Source: Isurus oxyrinchus (taxonomy: Eukaryota). From it: a DNA stretch of 64,000 nucleotides. Within the stretch, counting starts at the first letter, position 1. Every line of letters starts with the position of its first letter. A program made the position numbers and the translations under genes. Positions 48,565 through 60,620 of this stretch are shown here, one piece after another. The notes beneath the pieces were generated by a model, which saw only the letters and a program-made list of their open reading frames with translations, was not told where the DNA came from and ran no database searches. Where the stretch lies: the NCBI GenBank assembly GCA_026770705.1, contig JANJGN010000838.1:124001-188000 (forward strand), in the 5' to 3' direction.

Positions 48565-49010
48565 AGAAGCTTGACACCATCCAGGACAAAGCAGCCCGAT
48601 TGATCTACACCCCATCCCCCACATTAAACATTCACTCCCTCCACAACGAACACACAGTGGCAGCAGTGTGTGTACCATCTACAAGATGCACTGCAGCAAC
48701 TCAGCAAGGCTCCTTCAACAGCACCTTCCAAACCCACGACCTCTACCATCTAGAAGGACAAGGGCAGCAGACACATGGGAACACCACCACCTGGAAGTTC
48801 CCCTCCAAGTCACTCACCATCCTGACTTGGAAATATATCACCGTTCCTTCACTGTCGCTGGGTCAAAATCCTGGAGCTCCCTCTCTAACAGCACTGTGGG
48901 TGTACCTACACCACATGGACTGCAGCGGGTCAAGAAGGCTGATCACCACCACCTTCTCAAGGGCAATTAGGGATGGGCATTAATGCTGGCATCACCAGTG
49001 ACAGCCACAT
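48565..49010 (+). mobile_element. LINE 3' end fragment
   Basis: KLDTIQDKAARLI..CTIYKMHCSNSARLL..HHHLLKGN* followed by tail gggcaattagggatggg. Confidence 0.85.
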
Positions 49011-49347
49011 TCGATGTAAGAATTAAAAATCTCACAGCTCAATGTATTTATTGGGATTCTCCTGCACACACGCCCTGTCGAAGGAGCCTTTGTGGTTCCA
49101 TTGTTAATCGAAGCAGATCAGACTTACTGCAACTACTTGCATTTATATAGGACCTTTAATGTAGCAAAATGTCCCAAGGCTCATCCGGGAATTGTTAGTC
49201 ACATCTTCACCTGACTCTGAGGCACATGAGGAGATATAAGGGACAGGAGACCAACAGCTGAGTCAACAAAGTCAGTTATTAACGGGCATCTTAAAGGAGG
49301 AGCTGGAGATAGAGAATGAGTGACAGACACAGAAAGAAAGACAAAGA

Positions 49348-49386
<39 letters not shown>

Positions 49387-49583
49387 TGAATCTCTATCCC
49401 CAGTGGCTCAGCATCCAGTCCTCTCTGGAGAAGCATTTCATTCCAAACCACAGCAACCGCAGCCCAATCGCATCCCTTCCTCCCTCTCTCCCCCTCTCCC
49501 CCAGTGGGTTGTTTCCTGTTCCCAGGAATCTCAATCACTACCCCCACCCTCACACCTCCTCACTCCCACTCCCCATTTCTCAT

Positions 49584-49832
49584 TCAGTTATGCTCGAACC
49601 TGATCTGTGCGTATTCCGTCTCCTCTTCCCTGTGGACAGACCCATCATCACTGGACATCCTCAATACTTGGGGATTGGCGTAGAGAAGGCCGTTGGGATT
49701 GTCGATGTGCCAATGTCCAGCATCGCCTCCCAATGCACCTTCAGAGAGACCCCGGGGAGCTGGGGTCTCCCCCTCACTAGTTGTGTCTCTGGTTGTGTTC
49801 CGGGGCTCAGTAATCAGCACGTTCTGTTTACC
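49584..49832 (-). pseudogene. Second orphan terminal cytoplasmic exon paralog (LLYANP, TEYAQI)
   Basis: 249-nt open copy with intact acceptor. Confidence 0.75.
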
Positions 49833-52739
49833 CTACAGAGAAATGGAAACAGAAGACATCCTCACATTATTTACTGGCACTGATAGGGTTAAATATTGAG
49901 CAGCCTCATTAGTGTCAGTCTTGTCTCAGTGGGTTTAACCCTCTCTCTCATGTCATCTGAAAGAAACCACCTATGGCAGTGCAGTGCTCCCTCAGTACTG
50001 ACCCCCCCGACTGTGCAGCACATCCTCAATAGTGACCCTCTGTCAGTCTCACACTCCCTCTGTACAGTGCAGCACTTCCTTAGCACTGACCCTCCAACAG
50101 TGCAGCACTCCCTTAGCACTGACCCTCTGACAGTGCAGCACTCACTCAGTACTGACCCTCCATCAGTGCAGCACTCCCTTAGCCCTGACCCTCTGACAGT
50201 GCAGCACTCCCTCAGTACTGACCGTCTGACAATGCAGCACCCCCTCAGTACTGACCCTCCGACTGTGCAGTCCCCCGCCGGTACTGACCCTCTGACAGTG
50301 CAGCACTCCAAGACTGACCGTCTGACAATGCAGCACCCCCTCAGTACTGACCCTCCGACTGTCCTGCCCCCCCGCCGGTACTGACCCTCCGACAGCTCGG
50401 TAATTTCTCAATTATGCCTGGTGGTCCTTTTAACTCAGAGCTGAGAGTTGCAGAGAATCGAGCACACATCCTGAACTGACACTTGCAGTGCAAGTACTGG
50501 GAGCGCGCTGGTCATTATCATGCTGCTGTCTGTGGGATCTTACTGTGCGCCAATGGCTGATTCTTTTCCCACATTACATCAGTGACCTCACATGAAAGAA
50601 AAAAAGCACTTGATTGTCTGCGAAACACTTTGGGACGTCCTGATGTGTTGGAAGGCGCTAGAGAAATGCAAGTCCTCTTTGTCTTTCACTTGATCCTCTA
50701 AGGTGTCTGTTGATTAACCAGCCTCTCGGTGTTTGATGTAGGCCTGGTTATAAACAGTTAGAAGGATCAAATATCAAAAGTGCTTTGGCTGACAGTCAAA
50801 CCGATTGTGCATTCGGAGAGATTAGATACGGTCTGCACACAATGACTCCAGTCTCTGGCACTGACTGCCGCCTGGGGTCTCCCTTCCACATAACACTCAC
50901 AACTTGCATTTACACAGCGCCTCTGATATTGCAAAATGTCCCAGCCCACATTACCGGAGCGTAAATCAGAGAGAAGTCTAACACTGAGTCACATATGGAG
51001 ATATTAGGGTTAGGTGACCAAAAGCTTGGTCAAAGATGTCAGTTTTTAAGGAGCGTCTTAAAGGAGAGAGAGAGAGAGAGGCAGAGAGGTTAAGGGAGGG
51101 TATTCCGGAGCTCAGGGCCCCAGGCAGCTGAAGGCACGGCCACCAATGGTGGAGCGTTGGGAATCAGGGGGACCCGGGAGATGCAGTAATGTCAGAGATT
51201 TTGGAGGAACATCGGGACCGGAGGAGGTGTTCTCCTGCTCCATATCTCTCTCTCTCTTCCTCTCATCCACTCCTCCTCTCCCTGTCTCTCTCTCTCCTAC
51301 TCTTCCTCTCAATTGCCCTCTCTCCCAATCTTTCTCTCCTCTCTCCCTTTTCCTGTCTCTCTCCCTCTCTCTCCCCTGTCTCCTTCTCCCACTCTGTATC
51401 TCTCCCTCTCTCTCACACTATTTTTGTACCTTTCGCTCACTCTGTAACTCTCCCTTTCCTGTTAATTTCTCTCTCTTGGACAATCTCTCTTCTCTTTTCA
51501 CTTTCCCTCACTCTGCATCTCTTTAATTTCTCCCTCTGTCACTCTCTCCCACCTATGTTCTTTCCCTTTCACCCCTCCCCGTCCCACTCTCTGTCTCTCT
51601 CTTCCAATCCCTCCCTCCCCCATTCCATCCCTCTCTCCGACTCTTGACTCCCAGCCTCTCTTTAACCCACTCCCAGGCTGGATCAGTCTCCCTCTCACTA
51701 TTCCCGGCGTGGGTTACATTTAAAATTCCTGTGGGGATATGTTCACTTCCTTGGAATTGTCTCTTCCCAGCTTTGCAAAAAAAGGGGGGGGGGCGGGGGG
51801 GGCTCGATTTCAAACATGCCTCCTGAGTATAACCGAGACAGACTGCCACTGAAATCAGCTTGAAATCAGAAAACTTTCTGTGGAAGAAACGAGCAGGGAG
51901 AAACCTTAAAATAAGGAATGAATTTCCACCTACCGTGTCCGGGGAATCCACAGATTTCTCAATCGTCGAAGAACCTAAAGCAGTGTCAACCTGCAAAAAG
52001 AAAGAATTTATCAGGGAGAAAGTGAGAGGAGGATTGAGGGAGAGGGAGAGAGAGAGAGAGAGGTACAGGAGAGAGAGGGGGAGGAGGACAGACTTGCATT
52101 TCTCTAACGCCTTTCACCACATCCCAAAGCATTTCACAGCCACTGAAGGATGTTTTTGAAGTGCACTCACACTGTAGGAAATGTGGCAGCTGATTTGTGC
52201 ACAGCAAGATCCCACAAATAGCAATGTGATCATGGCCTAGATCATCTGTTTTTGGTGATGTTGGGTGAGGGATAAATATTGGTGCCAGGACACCGGGGAG
52301 AACACCCCCTGCTCTTCCTCCAAATAGTGGCTGTGGGATCTTTCACACCCACCCGAGAGGGCAGACGGGGGACTCCGTTTAATGTCTCATTCAACATTGT
52401 TGTGCTCCCTCAGTACTAACCCTTTGACACTGCAGCACTCCCTTAGTATTAACCCTTCGATAGTGCTGCACTCCCACAGTATTGTCTCTCCGTCAGTGCT
52501 GCGCTCCCTCAGTACTGTCCCTCCGTCAGTGCAGCTCTATTTCAGTACTAACCCTTCGACACAGCAGCACTCCCTCAGTACTCACCTCCGACAGTATAGC
52601 ACTCCCTCAGTACTGTCCCTCCAATAGTGCAACACTTCCACACTACTGACCCTCTGAGAGTGCAGCACTCCCTCAGCACAGAGCGTTGATCTACATGATG
52701 GGACTGAATTCCCTGGAGTGAGACTCAGTCCAGTGATTT

Positions 52740-54595
52740 AGGTAGGGTTGTGGGGGCTGGAGGAGGTTACAGAGATAGGGAGGGCTGTAGATGCTGTAGG
52801 AGGTTACAGAGAAAGGGAGGGTTGTAAGGGCTCTAGGAAGTTACAGAGATAGGGAGGGTTGTAGAGGCTGTAGGAGGTTCCAGAGATAGGGAGGGTTGTA
52901 GGGGCTGGAGGAGGTTACAGAAATATGGAGGGCTGTAGAGGCTGTAGGAGGTTACAGAGATAGGGAGGGTTGTAAGGGCTGTAGGAAGTTACAGAGATGG
53001 GGGAGTTGTGGGGGCTGGAGGAGGTTACAGAGGTAGGGAGGTGTGTAGGGGCTGTAGGAGGTTACAGAGATGGGGTGGTTGTGGGGGCTGGAGGAGGTTA
53101 CAGATGTAGGGAGGGTTGTAGAGGCTGGAGGAGGTTACCAAAATAGACACTGCTGTAGGGGCCACAGTAGGTTACAGAGATAGGGAGAGTTATAGTGTGG
53201 AGAGGAGGTTATAGAGTTCAGGAGGATGTAGGGGCTGGAGGAGGTTACAGTGATTGTGAGGGTTGTGGGGCCTGGAGGATTTTACAGAGATAGGGAGGGT
53301 TGTAGGGTCTGGAGCAGGTTACAGAGATAGGGAGGGTTGTAGGGTCTGGAGCAGGTTACAGAGATAGGGAGGGTTGTAGGGTCTGGAGCAGGTTACAGAG
53401 ATAGGGAGGGTTGTAGGGTCTGGAGGAGGTTACAGTGATCGTGAGGGTTGTGGGGCCTGGGGGAGGTTACAGAGATAGGGAGTGTTGTGGGGACTGTAGG
53501 AGGTTACATAGATAGGGAGGGTTGTCGGGTCTGGAGGAGGTTACAGAGATAGGGAGGGTTATAGGGACTGGAGGAGGTTACAGAGATAGGGAGGGTTGTA
53601 GAGACTGTAGGATGTTAAAGAGATAGGGATTGTTGTAGGGGCTGGAGGATGTTACAGAGATAGGGAGGGTTGTAGGGTCTGGAGCAGGTTACAGAGATAG
53701 GGAGGGTTGTAGGGTCTGGAGGAGATTACAGTGATCGTGAGGGTTGTGGGGCCTGGGGGAGGTTACAGAGATAGGGAGTGTTGTGGGGACTGTAGGAGGT
53801 TACATAGATAGGGAGGGTTGTCGGGTCTGGAGGAGGTTACAGAGATAGGGAGGGTTATAGGGACTGGAGGAGGTTACAGAGATAGGGAGGGTTGTAGAGA
53901 CTGTAGGATGTTAAAGAGATAGGGATTGTTGTAGGGGCTGGAGGATGTTACAGAGATAGGGAGGGTTGTAGGGTCTGGAGCAGGTTACAGAGATAGGGAG
54001 GGTTGTAGGGTCTGGAGGAGATTACAGTGATCGTGAGGGTTGTGGGGCCTGGGGGAGGTTACAGAGATAGGGAGTGTTGTGGGGACTGTAGGAGGTTACA
54101 TAGATAGGGAGGGTTGTCGGGTCTGGAGGAGGTTACAGAGATAGGGAGGGTTATAGGGACTGGAGGAGGTTACAGAGATAGGGAGGGTTGTAGAGACTGT
54201 AGGATGTTAAAGAGATAGGGATTGTTGTAGGGGCTGGAGGATGTTACAGAGATAGGGAGGGTTGTAGGGGCTGGAGGAGGTTACAGAGATAGGGAGGGTT
54301 GTAGGGGCTGGAGGAGGTTACAGAGATAGGGAGGGTTGTACGGGCTGGAGGAGGTTACAGAGATAGGGAGGGGTGTAGGGGCTGGAGGAGGTTACAGAGA
54401 TAGGGAGGGTTGTAAGGCCTGGTGGAGGTTACAGAGATAGGGAGGGTTGAAGGGGCTGGAGGAGTTTACAGAGATAGGGAGGGTTGTACGGGCTGGAGGA
54501 GGTTACAGAGATAGGGAGGGGTGTAGGGGCTGGAGGAGTTTACAGAGATAGGGAGGGTTGTACGGGCTGGAGGAGGTTACAGAGATAGGGAGTGG
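52740..54595 (+). repeat. 37-bp G-rich minisatellite, copy B, with 296-bp higher-order repeat
   Basis: About 50 units. Variant tacagtgatcgtgagg recurs at 53431, 53727 and 54023. Confidence 0.95.
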
Positions 54596-57500
54596 CTGAG
54601 GAGGGATTGAAAACAAGAATGAGAATTTCAGGGGAAATGACAGAAGGAAATGATGTTAAATTCATAGAGGGCGACAATATTAAAGGCACGAACATAATAA
54701 TATCAAACTGCGGAAGAGACCAGTCTATCTGGGTGGTAGACGTAGAGTCATGTGCAAGAAACACCTCACCCAGAGGGACATCTCTTAGCTTAACCTCGAC
54801 AAGGAGAAGAAGTGACTCAGCTGCAGGGAGAGCAGCAAAGTCAGAGTGAACAAGACAAGTCGCCATTTCATCTGGGAGCTTCCCATCTCTGCCTGTCTCT
54901 TCTGATCTTCTGGCTCTGCTTTGATGCTTTGGTTTGTAACTAGAGGAGCTTCCTGCTCTTATACCTGAAACACTTGAAGGGGACAGCCGCGGGTGGGTTG
55001 CTGTGTGGTATCACACCCATTTCTGGATATTGCAGTGTCGATGTTCCCTGTCCCACTGGCCTGGGACCAGCAGTAAGGTCACTGGGACATTGACTGTCTG
55101 GCGCCGAGAACTATCAGTCCCTCCGCAACGCCCTTCACCTTGTGCAAATATGTGTTCATATTGATGCAACACAACATAGCAAAAACATAGGGGCTGGTTC
55201 TTATGTCGGCAAATCAGGTGAACCGCATGTCCCCTAACCCATTACTCCTCTCATTGCTACACTTACTATTTTACAAATTGTGTGCGTTGCTTTTATTTTG
55301 GACAAGGGGCCTCGAGGGGGAACTGATTTACGCTGAGGTTTAGGGGTTAACAGCCATGTCATGTGTTGATCGGTCAGTGTTTACCATGTGGAGACTGTCT
55401 GTCACCAGCTTTGTTCATGGTTTATCCAGGAACATTGAAGGGCATGAACGTTCTTGCTTTGTATGGAACAAGTTACCAACTGGGTTCAGTCATCAACTCA
55501 GACTCACATCAACATAAACTGGCTTCTGACAGGTAAGTTTCTATTACATGAGGGTAGGAGGAGGCCATTTGGCCCCTCGAGCCTGCTCCACCATTCAATG
55601 AGATCATGGCTGATCTGCAAACTAGCCCCATATGGCTTTGTCCCATCTCCTTTAATACCTTTGGATAACAAAAATCTATCAGTCTCACAGGTTTAAAATG
55701 AACAACTTGATCGTGCATCAGTTCCTGTTTGGGGAAGAGAGTTCCAAATTTCTCCCACCCTTTGTACTTCCTAATTTAATTTCTTTTTAGGCTCTGACCC
55801 TGAGTCCCAGACTCCCCCCAACCAGGGGAAATGGTTTCTCTTTATCGCCCCCGATCTGTTCCCCTTATTATCATGCGAACTTTCATCAAATCTCCTGCTT
55901 AACATTCTAACTTCCAGGGAATACAAGCCGAGTTTGTGTTTAATCTCTCCTTGTGATTTAACCCTTGGAGTCCTGGTCTCATTCTGGTAAACTGACACTG
56001 CTCTCCCTCCGAGGTCAATATATCCTTCCTAAGGTGTGGGGCCCAGAATGTCTCACAGTGACTCCAGGTGTGGTCTAGCCAGGGCTTTATGTAGACTGAA
56101 GCATGACCTCTGCCCCCTTATATTCTAATCCGTGAGATAGAAAGGGCAGAGTTCCAGAATTGTTGTGTTTATTCGACAACAGAATAACAGAGGAAGGTTT
56201 CCTCTCTGCCCTCTTCAGCCCCACTGGGAAGGTCAGGATGAGAAGGTTGGGCTGGGTCCCCTGTACTGGACACTCGCTGAATCTTCCAATGATAGTTCTG
56301 GGCTGGATTTCAAAACGCATAGACAAGGATTCAGTGTTCCATCACATTCTGCCTTTGTCTCTTTTCCTCTCGTTCTCTTTCTCTACCATCCTCTCTCTCT
56401 ATCTATCTATCTTTCTCCTCATTCTCTCCTGCTTCATCTCTATCACTTTCTTTCTACTTCTTTGTGTGTCTCTCTCTGTCTCTCTCTCTCACTCTTTCTT
56501 TCCTTGTCCTTATCTCTTTCAGTGTCTCCCTCTTTCTCTCTCTTTCTCTCTCTCTAAATGTGACCCTCTCTAACAGTTTGGACCAGTACTCTTATTTCCC
56601 TGTGTTACTGGTGTTCCATTTGAAGGTATACAAGACCAGATCAGACCAGAATGTTTATTTTCCAGTGTTTACTGTGTTTTTTTCATTCTGGGTGTCTCTC
56701 GACTCTGTCTGTCCCTCTCTGTCCTTTTATTTCATTCTTTCATGTGATGTGGACATCACTGCCTAGGCCAGCATTTATTGCCCAACCCTAATTGCCCTTG
56801 TTCAGAGGCCACTTTTTAAAAGTGAACCACATTGCTGTGGGTCTGGAGTCACATGTAGGCCAGACCAGGTAAGGACAGCAGATTTCCCTCCCTAAAGGGC
56901 ATTTGTGACCCAAATACAAGAATCAGCAATGGTTTCCTGGTCATCATCGGACTTTTAATTCCAGGTTTTTATTGAGTTTAAATTCCACCAACTGCTGTGG
57001 TGGGATTCTAACCAGGGTCCCAGGAGCATTACACTGGGTCTCTGGATTACTGGTCCAGTGAAAATACCATCAGGCCACCACCTCCCCACTCTTCCCTTCC
57101 ACCATCTTTCACACTTGTTCTCTCTCTCTCTCACTCTCCTTCTCTCTTCTCCCTCTCTCAGTCTCTGTCTGTCTCTCAATCTCTCTATCGCTCTCTATCT
57201 CCTGGAGGCTCTCTCTCTGACTGTCTCCCTCCCTATATCTGTAACCTCCTCTCTCTCTCCCTTTCCTCCAGCCCCTACAACCCTCCCTAAGGCAGCCTCC
57301 ACCTGCCTCTACAGTCCTCCCCATCTCTGTAACCACCTTCAACCCCTACAACCCCTCCCTATATCTGTAACCACCTCCAACCCCCACAACCCTCCCCATC
57401 TCTGTAACCACCTTCAACCCCTACACCCCTCCCTATACCTGTAACCTCCTCCAGCCCCTGTAACCCTCCCTATCTCTTGAAGGGTTCTCAAAATTCCCAC

Positions 57501-58329
57501 ATTTTCCATATCATCAACAAGGATATCACTTTTGCACCTTTAAACTGCTGAGTTAAGTGGAAAACCCTGCAGACAGGAGGCTGGGCCCATGAAGGCCCAA
57601 AACCAGTTGTCTGCTGCACTTTGTGACAAGCCCCGAATAAGTCCAAGGTCTAGAACCCAGGGATTGGGAGTGATTCAGACGGCTCAGAAGTCGCAGGTGA
57701 AGCTGACACACACCACCACACCCTACAAGGGGCTGAATGGCCTCCTCCTGTTCCTGTGTAACGGACATAAGTGGCAGAATGGCCTCCTCCTGTTCTTGTC
57801 TAACAGGCTCGAGGGGGCTGAATGGGCCTCCTCCAGTTCCTGTGTAACAGGCTTGAGGAGCTAAATGGGCCTCCTTCCGTTCCTGTGTAACAGACATCAG
57901 TGGCTGAATGGGCTTGCTCCTGTTCCTGTGTAACAGTCTTGAGGGGGCTGAATGGCCTCTTCCTGTATCTGTGTAACAGGCTCAATGGGCAGAATGGCCC
58001 CCTTCTGTTCCTGTGTAACAGTCTCGAGGGGGCTGAATGGGCCTCTTCCTGTTCCTGTGTAACAGGCTCGACGGGCTGAATGGCCTCCTTCTGCTCTGTG
58101 AAATTGTTGTGATACTGTAACTGCCTCTTTGGTTTCATTCAGCTGAATCTTCAGCTCTTCAGTCTCTTCCTTGTATCTCTTGCCTTCCTCCTGGAACATT
58201 GGACATGGTTGGGTCTTCCCTGCCAACTGTTTCTTCAGTTTGCTCAGAGCGGCACAGAATTCGCTTTCTTTCTCTTCAGGATTTTCCAGTGGAACCAACT
58301 CTGACCTGAGGGACACTTGCAGCCTGTGA

Positions 58330-59465
58330 GGATGCTTCAATTCTTCAAACTCATTCCGAGATACACTCTCATATTCCCCCAGCAACTCAGCAACTCCTCC
58401 AGTGAAACATTTCAGAGCAGCTGAGCTTGGTTTTCTGGAACCAGTCTCGGCCCAGAAGACTAGGGCCCTCACCTGTCGCTATGATCACTGGAAGCTGGGC
58501 TGTCTGCTGCCTGTAGGACACAGGTACTGGGATGAGGTCCTTTCCCTGTATGGATTCTCCAGTGTGTGTCTTCAGCTGATCCATTGTTGGCTCTAAATTC
58601 AGCGTCTGGGTTCCTTCATTTAGCTGTTTAAATGTGGGCTCTTCCACCACTGTGTCTGAGGCTCCCGTATCTGCCCCATTACTAGTGGCTGCCCATTCAC
58701 TTGGGTTGTGATGGTTATAGGTTCAGTTTTTACCACTGTGACATTGGACAGGGAATAGACATCGGTATCAGCAGCTTCAGGCTCTGTGATATTATTCACT
58801 TCCATCATGTTGGTGCACTGCCTGATGGGCTGTCTCGATTTCACCCTGCATTGCTTTATTACCCACCCCTTTCTTGTGGCAGTGATGGCATTCTGCCCCC
58901 TTGAACCTGCAGGTGTCCAGTACATGCTCAATGCCCCCCACATCGAGAACAGGCCAACTTCGGAGTTGCTGCTGAAATACTCCCACGAAGCCTTTTAGTT
59001 TCTGGAGCGGCAGAGACTGTCTCTCGCTTGGCGGCTGTCTCTCTCTCTCTCTCTCTCTCTCTCCAGTTTGAGCCTCACGCCCGGTGGTTGTTTCCTGTCC
59101 CAGCTGAGGACTGGTGCCATGTTGTACATCCTGTAAATCCCGCCAGTCTCTCCCAGCATTTTCCATGCCTGGCGCTATTTCCATGGTGCGCTTCAAATCG
59201 ATGTCGGCTTCTGCGAGTAAACGGCTCTGAATGGCGTTGGGGTGAACGACACAAACCAATCGGCCCCGCAACATGTCATTGAGTGTGTCTCCGAGGTCCC
59301 AGTGCTCAGTCACCTGCTTCCACTTCACTGTATAGGTTGCGATGGACTCTCCCTGGGCCCTTACTCTGGAGTTAAACTTAAACCTCTGCATTATTACCCA
59401 CGGCTTCAGCTGAAAACACATCTTCATGAGGACGACTAATTGGTGAAAAGATTTAGAATTGGGTG
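58330..59465 (-). mobile_element. Degenerate Ty3/gypsy gag-protease fragment, copy B
   Basis: Paralog of 13100-14232. Confidence 0.82.
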
Positions 59466-59754
59466 TAATACACGTCACTGTCTTCAGCTCTGAGACTGTC
59501 AATCCTCACCAAACAATTCTTCCCTTCCAAGTCGCCGATTATTTCAGCACGTCCCACGAATGTGGCCATCCCATAATTGGGATCTTTGGTGTATGTGATG
59601 GTATATTTCCATCTATACCAATATTTATACCAAGCTCCGTGCAGTGCTGTGTAAGAGTGGGAAGGAAAGTCAAAGCTACACGGAATAACCACACAAGAGC
59701 TGCTGATGGCCCTCTGAGGCAGCGCCTTCATAGACCATCCCTCTGACGTCACTC
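59453..59754 (-). pseudogene. Truncated Siglec/MAG-like V-set exon, copy B
   Basis: Paralog of 14220-14521 with the same junction. Ends ..EDSDVYYTQF*. Confidence 0.82.
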
Positions 59755-60574
59755 CTGAAAGGCAACAAGGGAGGGGACAGGACATCAAAAAGCAGAATAT
59801 TACTTCAATGGAGAGAGGCAGCAGAATGCGGTACAGAGGGATCTGGGTGTCCTGGTACATGAATCACAGAAAGTCAGCATTCAGGAACAGCACGGAATGA
59901 GGAAGGCAAGTGGAATGTTGGCCTTTATTGCAAAGGGATGGAGTATAAAAGGAGGGAAGTCTTGCAACAGCTGCACAGGGCGTTGGTGAGATTGTATCAG
60001 GAGCAGTGTGTAGAGTTCTGGTCTCCTTACTTAGGGAGGGATAGACTCTGCATTGGAGGCAGCTCAGAGGAGGATCACTGGGCTGATTCCTGGGATGAAG
60101 GGGGTTTGTCTTATGAGGAAATGTTGAGCAGGTTGGGCCCTGTATCCATTGGAGTTTAGAAGAATGAGAGGTGATCTTATTGAAACATATAAGATTCTGA
60201 GGTGGTGGGGGGTTTGACAGGGTCGATGCTGAGGGGATGTTACCCCTTGTGGGGGAATCCTGTGACGCAATAAGGATGTTTTACTGCATTAAAAGTGCTT
60301 TATAAATGCACTGTCATTCCTATTGAAACAAGCTCTCTGATGCACAAACAGAAAATGCTGGAAAAACTCAGCCGGTCTGACAGCATCTGTGGAGAGAGAA
60401 ACAGAGTTGGTGTTTCGAGTCCGTATGAGGCTTTTTCTTTTGCTAAATTCTCTGACTCGCTAATCACTCACTCTCTGTGTGATCACTAACCCTGTTCTCT
60501 AAAATTAAATGTTCACTTCCTCACTCCAGGAAAGAATCCAATTCCCTGAGTTCCGATCAGTAATGAATTTGTAC

Positions 60575-60620
60575 CTTGCAGCAAGCTGATGAAGATCAGT
60601 ATCAGACCGACCTCTCCCAT
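60575..60620 (-). pseudogene. Signal exon of second Siglec/MAG-like gene, copy B
   Basis: Near-identical to 15342-15387. Confidence 0.72.
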
